Origin: an uncultured Candidatus Entotheonella sp. | GTDB taxonomy: Bacteria; Tectomicrobia; Entotheonellia; Entotheonellales; Entotheonellaceae | Direction of reading: 5' to 3' | Assembly: GCA_965217185.1 (NCBI GenBank) | Contig: OZ244252.1 | Span: forward strand, 576,001-640,000 | DNA: 64,000 nucleotides | In this document: positions 60,559-64,000 of the stretch, in pieces | Numbering within the stretch: position 1 is the first letter of the stretch | How the letters are laid out: each line of letters opens with the position of its first letter | Made by a program: the position numbers and the translations under genes | Notes under the pieces: generated by a model | Told to the model about the DNA's origin: nothing | Seen by the model: only the letters and a program-made list of their open reading frames with translations | The model's database searches: none

Positions 60559-62169
60559 TTAGCTTGCTACCGTAAGTTTTGAGCGGGATAGGTCCATCTG
60601 GACAAGGAGTAGAGAACGGACTCCAAACATATCAACGAACATCTCGCCTGGATTTAGTTTGTCGGCTTGCTCCAGCATCCCCGGCCTAGAGGTTGGCAGG
60701 GCTTCACGCAGGACGCTCAGGTTACGATGCCGCCCAATGATGGTCGTGTTGAGATTGTTGCGAACGTTCTCTGGAACGTCGCCTGCGCTCTGCACGGCAA
60801 TGACGTATCCGGTGCGTAGTGAACGACCCTTGCGGATTTGCTCAGCCAATATACCAGTGGCGACGTCTCGCAAGTATCGCGAGCTGGCTCTGAAAATGTC
60901 TGACGCCTCGTCGATTATGACTTCTAATTCGGGAACGCCGCTGGAACTCTGCTGTATGGCTCTGGAGCGCAATTCTTCGGCTTTTCGAAGGGGCCTGGTA
61001 AGGAAAAGTGCGTATCCTCGGGCATGACTCTCACTAATTCGTATGACGTTGAGACCTGGTCGAAATACTTCGTCAATGTTACCAGTGGGTCTTCTTTGTC
61101 CCATTGCGTCGGACTTAGGTTTAGGATCAACAAACGACGGAATCCTGCCGGGCCTGCTTAGCCTACTTCGTATAGCTCGCATGGTTTGGCCATGCACTTT
61201 CGAGGCACTGTTTTGTCCGTACAGAAAATTGTTAAGCTGCCCATCGCTGGTGTTCTGTATGTAAAGCGTGAGTTCTCGAATCGTCCAGCTTTCGCCTTTG
61301 GAATCTTGGTCGGTTGCGAAGGCAGAGGCTATTTCGGCGAAAGTCTCGGCTTGATTGATTTCGCTCGGCTGGTAGAAGATCGTCCCTGCCAAAACCTCTG
61401 GGTCCAAATCCTGTGCTTTGACCTCAAGCACTTTAGACGAATGATTCGGGTCAGATTCGTCCAGCGTCCAGTAGCGTACTGGCCTTTTGGCAGGATCTTG
61501 ACCGTCCACGGAAAAAGCTGACCGGACCTGGGCCTCTGAATTTTCCTCATGGTGATTCTGATGATCCGGCTTATGGTCGAAGATGATGACACAACGACCC
61601 ATAGCCGCCGCAGAATGGGAAATATTGGAAAGCAGATGCGATTTCCCGGAGCCGGTCGACCCAGCAACCAAGACGTGATGGTCCAAGACGCTCTTACTAG
61701 GGTGGATGGGGACTTCTGCTTCTCCACTGCGGGCCAGCTTGCCGATACGGAAATCGTTTTCCCTGACTTGGGGCAAGCCCAAGCATTGGACTATTTCCTC
61801 TGTGGTGGCGGGCCGGCTGACTGTACCCGTGGTGGGTCGAATGAACGGCGTTTCAGGTTTGCCAGAGCGGATAATGGCCTCCACCGTTGCATCATAGTAG
61901 GTGATGTTGGCTACGATGGCGTCCTTGGCATAGCCGTGGTCTTCGATCAGGGCGAGCATCTGGCTGAGTGATATGGTGTCGAATGGGCTGGGTGAGAACC
62001 GGCTCAGGTTACGGTTGGCTGTGGCAACTTGGAGAAAAAAACGATTGGGCTCCGACTCCGAAATCAGGTATGTGAAAAGGGGAATGAGGTCATCCTCGCC
62101 TTTGCCTATCAGTCGGACTATGCCGGTGTCAGTGTTTTGGTCGTCGGCAATTTGGATAAGCTGAATCAT
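60559..62169 (-). CDS. HerA/FtsK-family ATPase (DUF87)
   Basis: HVLVAGSTGSGKS (Walker A), IIFDHK, VIIDEAS (Walker B), RKGRS arginine finger, AVQS, LNPGE. Confidence 0.85.
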   Translation of the reverse strand: MIQLIQIADDQNTDTGIVRLIGKGEDDLIPLFTYLISESEPNRFFLQVATANRNLSRFSPSPFDTISLSQMLALIEDHGYAKDAIVANITYYDATVEAIIRSGKPETPFIRPTTGTVSRPATTEEIVQCLGLPQVRENDFRIGKLARSGEAEVPIHPSKSVLDHHVLVAGSTGSGKSHLLSNISHSAAAMGRCVIIFDHKPDHQNHHEENSEAQVRSAFSVDGQDPAKRPVRYWTLDESDPNHSSKVLEVKAQDLDPEVLAGTIFYQPSEINQAETFAEIASAFATDQDSKGESWTIRELTLYIQNTSDGQLNNFLYGQNSASKVHGQTMRAIRSRLSRPGRIPSFVDPKPKSDAMGQRRPTGNIDEVFRPGLNVIRISESHARGYALFLTRPLRKAEELRSRAIQQSSSGVPELEVIIDEASDIFRASSRYLRDVATGILAEQIRKGRSLRTGYVIAVQSAGDVPENVRNNLNTTIIGRHRNLSVLREALPTSRPGMLEQADKLNPGEMFVDMFGVRSLLLVQMDLSRSKLTVAS

Positions 62170-63305
62170 CGTATGCTCCGTTCATTGGTCAAGGCAAGGA
62201 ATCGATCAGGGTCAGCAGAGGAGAATCGAGCAATAACCTCGTCGCGAGCGCGAGCGCCATTGAACATACTACGTACGTGGTTGTCCGCGATTTGTAGCAA
62301 CATTGGAATGTCGTGATCCAACGATCCGGTATTGTCATATTTCAATATGGCCAATGCCAGAGGCACTTGTTCGGCGAGGCACTCAATGGCAAAAGCCTTG
62401 CGATTGATCTTGTAAACTGCCCTAACAACTTTGTCAGCGTGGTTTTCGATCCATCTGCTGATGTGCTGTTGTCGTATACCGAAACGGTCGGACAGAATGG
62501 TGGACTATCCTCTCAGAACAAACACCTCGCCGGGATACAACGCGTAGCCAATTGCATTGACGAGAGGGTTGGCGGATAGATCTTTGATGAACCCGATAGC
62601 ACGACGGTCGGTTACAAGCTTCTGAAGCAAGTCATGTGCTCGGTCTTGGCTCAGCATATTTTGCGTCAGGACAGGTCCATCAATCAGGACAACGTGGTTG
62701 TCGTTTTCTTGGAGCCAACTGTGGGCTATCTCTCGTTCCTCGTATTCACGGAAGGTGCTTATCCAAGACTGTTCCTGCTCGCGTGCGCCCCTCAGATATT
62801 CGGCCCATTGCTTAATCGCTTGATTCAGCGTAACCCCGAGATTTTTAGATGGTGTAAGGTGCGAAGCACGAGTACGAGTTACGTGGACTTTGGGACAAAG
62901 ATGAGTCTGCGGTGTTACTCGTACCACGCCGGCGGCGTATATCGTGTCGGACGCAAACTTCAAGGATGAAACGGCATCGGTGCCATCTACGGCAGCGATG
63001 AGATTACTGTGATACAGGGCTGCCGCATCGGGCGCCAGTGCCGTAGCCAGAGCGTCTATAGCGTTCGTGCCATTGGTCTCCTTGTCAATGAGGTGGCGAA
63101 TATGTGCGACGAAATCCACTTCATTTTGGGAAGAAAGTCCCATAAGCCTAGGGATGTCTCCCAAAACATGATAGGAATTGGTGATGTCCACACGCCCTTT
63201 TAGAGCGTCGGCGAAGTACTTATCACTTGGGTGTAAGTCCGAAATTGAGCGATTCTGAGGGGGTTTGGTACGGCTTGGGGACATGATTGATGCGCGAGGT
63301 GACAA
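62166..63305 (-). pseudogene. NurA-like nuclease with one in-frame amber stop at 62505-62507
   Basis: IAAVDGT, VVLIDGP, IGFIK, and after the TAG IPMLLQIAD; the frame stays open to an ATGA overlap with herA. Confidence 0.75.
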
Positions 63306-63508
63306 AGTGTCACGTAGGACGGTGGGTGATGGGCAGCACTCCTCTGGGGTATTGTTGGTTTATCTAAAAATTGGCGCACGGACGGGCCGCCTAACTGGTC
63401 AATTTGAGACCTACGCCCTATCACTTTGGTCGGAACTTGCCATGTTTGGGCTCGCTTGGGGTGAGAGTTGGCAATCCAATACGTGAGTCGAATATAGTAG
63501 CTTCTAGT

Positions 63509-64000
63509 CTATTGTCTTTCCTTATGCGTTGAATCCAGATACCGCCGCAGCACGTACAGGCCGTCCGGCGTGTAGAGCGTGTGCTCGGCGTGCGACAGGA
63601 CGTCCGCCACGGGCATGAAGGCGGCGCTTTCCACTTCCTCCTCCTGCAAGACCAATTCCCCGTCGTACACGCACGAGAACACGCTGCCCCACACCTGGGT
63701 GTAGTCGTCCGCGTAGTGGAAGACGAACTGGTGGGCGAGGGGCACGCCGTGAATGCCGACCTCCTCGGCGAGTTCGCGCCGGGCGCCCGCCTCGTAGGTC
63801 TCGCCGGCCAGAACGACGCCTCCGGCGGCGATGTCGTAGTAGCCGGGGAAGACGTCCTTCGTGGCGGTGCGTTTCTGCACGCACAGGTCGCCGCGGGAGT
63901 TGAAGACCAGGATGTAGGTGCTGCGGTGCGGGAGGCGGTTCTGGCGCATGTCGCGGCGGGGCGCGGACCCGACGACGCGGTTCTGGTCATCGACGATAGC
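63509..64000 (-). CDS. NUDIX hydrolase (YfcD/IDI-like), intact copy, start beyond the window edge
   Basis: HRSTYILVFN, QKRTATKD.FPGYYD.AAGG, GETYEAGARRELAEEVG, TPDG. Confidence 0.88.
   Translation of the reverse strand, partial: AIVDDQNRVVGSAPRRDMRQNRLPHRSTYILVFNSRGDLCVQKRTATKDVFPGYYDIAAGGVVLAGETYEAGARRELAEEVGIHGVPLAHQFVFHYADDYTQVWGSVFSCVYDGELVLQEEEVESAAFMPVADVLSHAEHTLYTPDGLYVLRRYLDSTHKERQ

Overview
High-GC diderm bacterial chromosome segment. F420 biosynthesis genes, a lanthanide-type PQQ dehydrogenase, Uma2 genes and a fragmented Mrp operon are compatible with Candidatus Tectomicrobia or a similar lineage, but this is an unverified inference. Bases 1-39.5 kb are metabolic and housekeeping genes: MFS, crotonases, haloalkane dehalogenase, F420-LLM, PQQ-ADH plus XoxJ-like protein, cyclases, TolC, uvrA, truA, an 11-gene Mrp-type antiporter, CoA transferase, an RND pump, argH, dapA, cofGH and an M20 peptidase. 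Two accessory islands follow. Island 1 (39.6-50.6 kb) is a defence cluster: a helicase-less type ISP/IIG R-M enzyme, an intact SPARTA system (TIR-APAZ plus short pAgo), vapBC, an internally deleted IS630, a HicB fragment, DUF4258 paired with an unusual YgiT-zinc-finger::HEPN-like fusion, and an ABC-ATPase plus DUF4276 TOPRIM pair. Island 2 (56.4-63.5 kb) is bracketed by two direct copies of a NUDIX gene. It holds Uma2 and a decaying NurA-HerA-methyltransferase operon whose third gene was destroyed by two IS5 elements showing a deletion-inversion signature. Best candidates for undescribed systems are the NurA-HerA-MTase operon and the DUF4258/YgiT-HEPN pair; SPARTA is the clearest known system. 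All family calls come from motif recognition by eye, without database searches.
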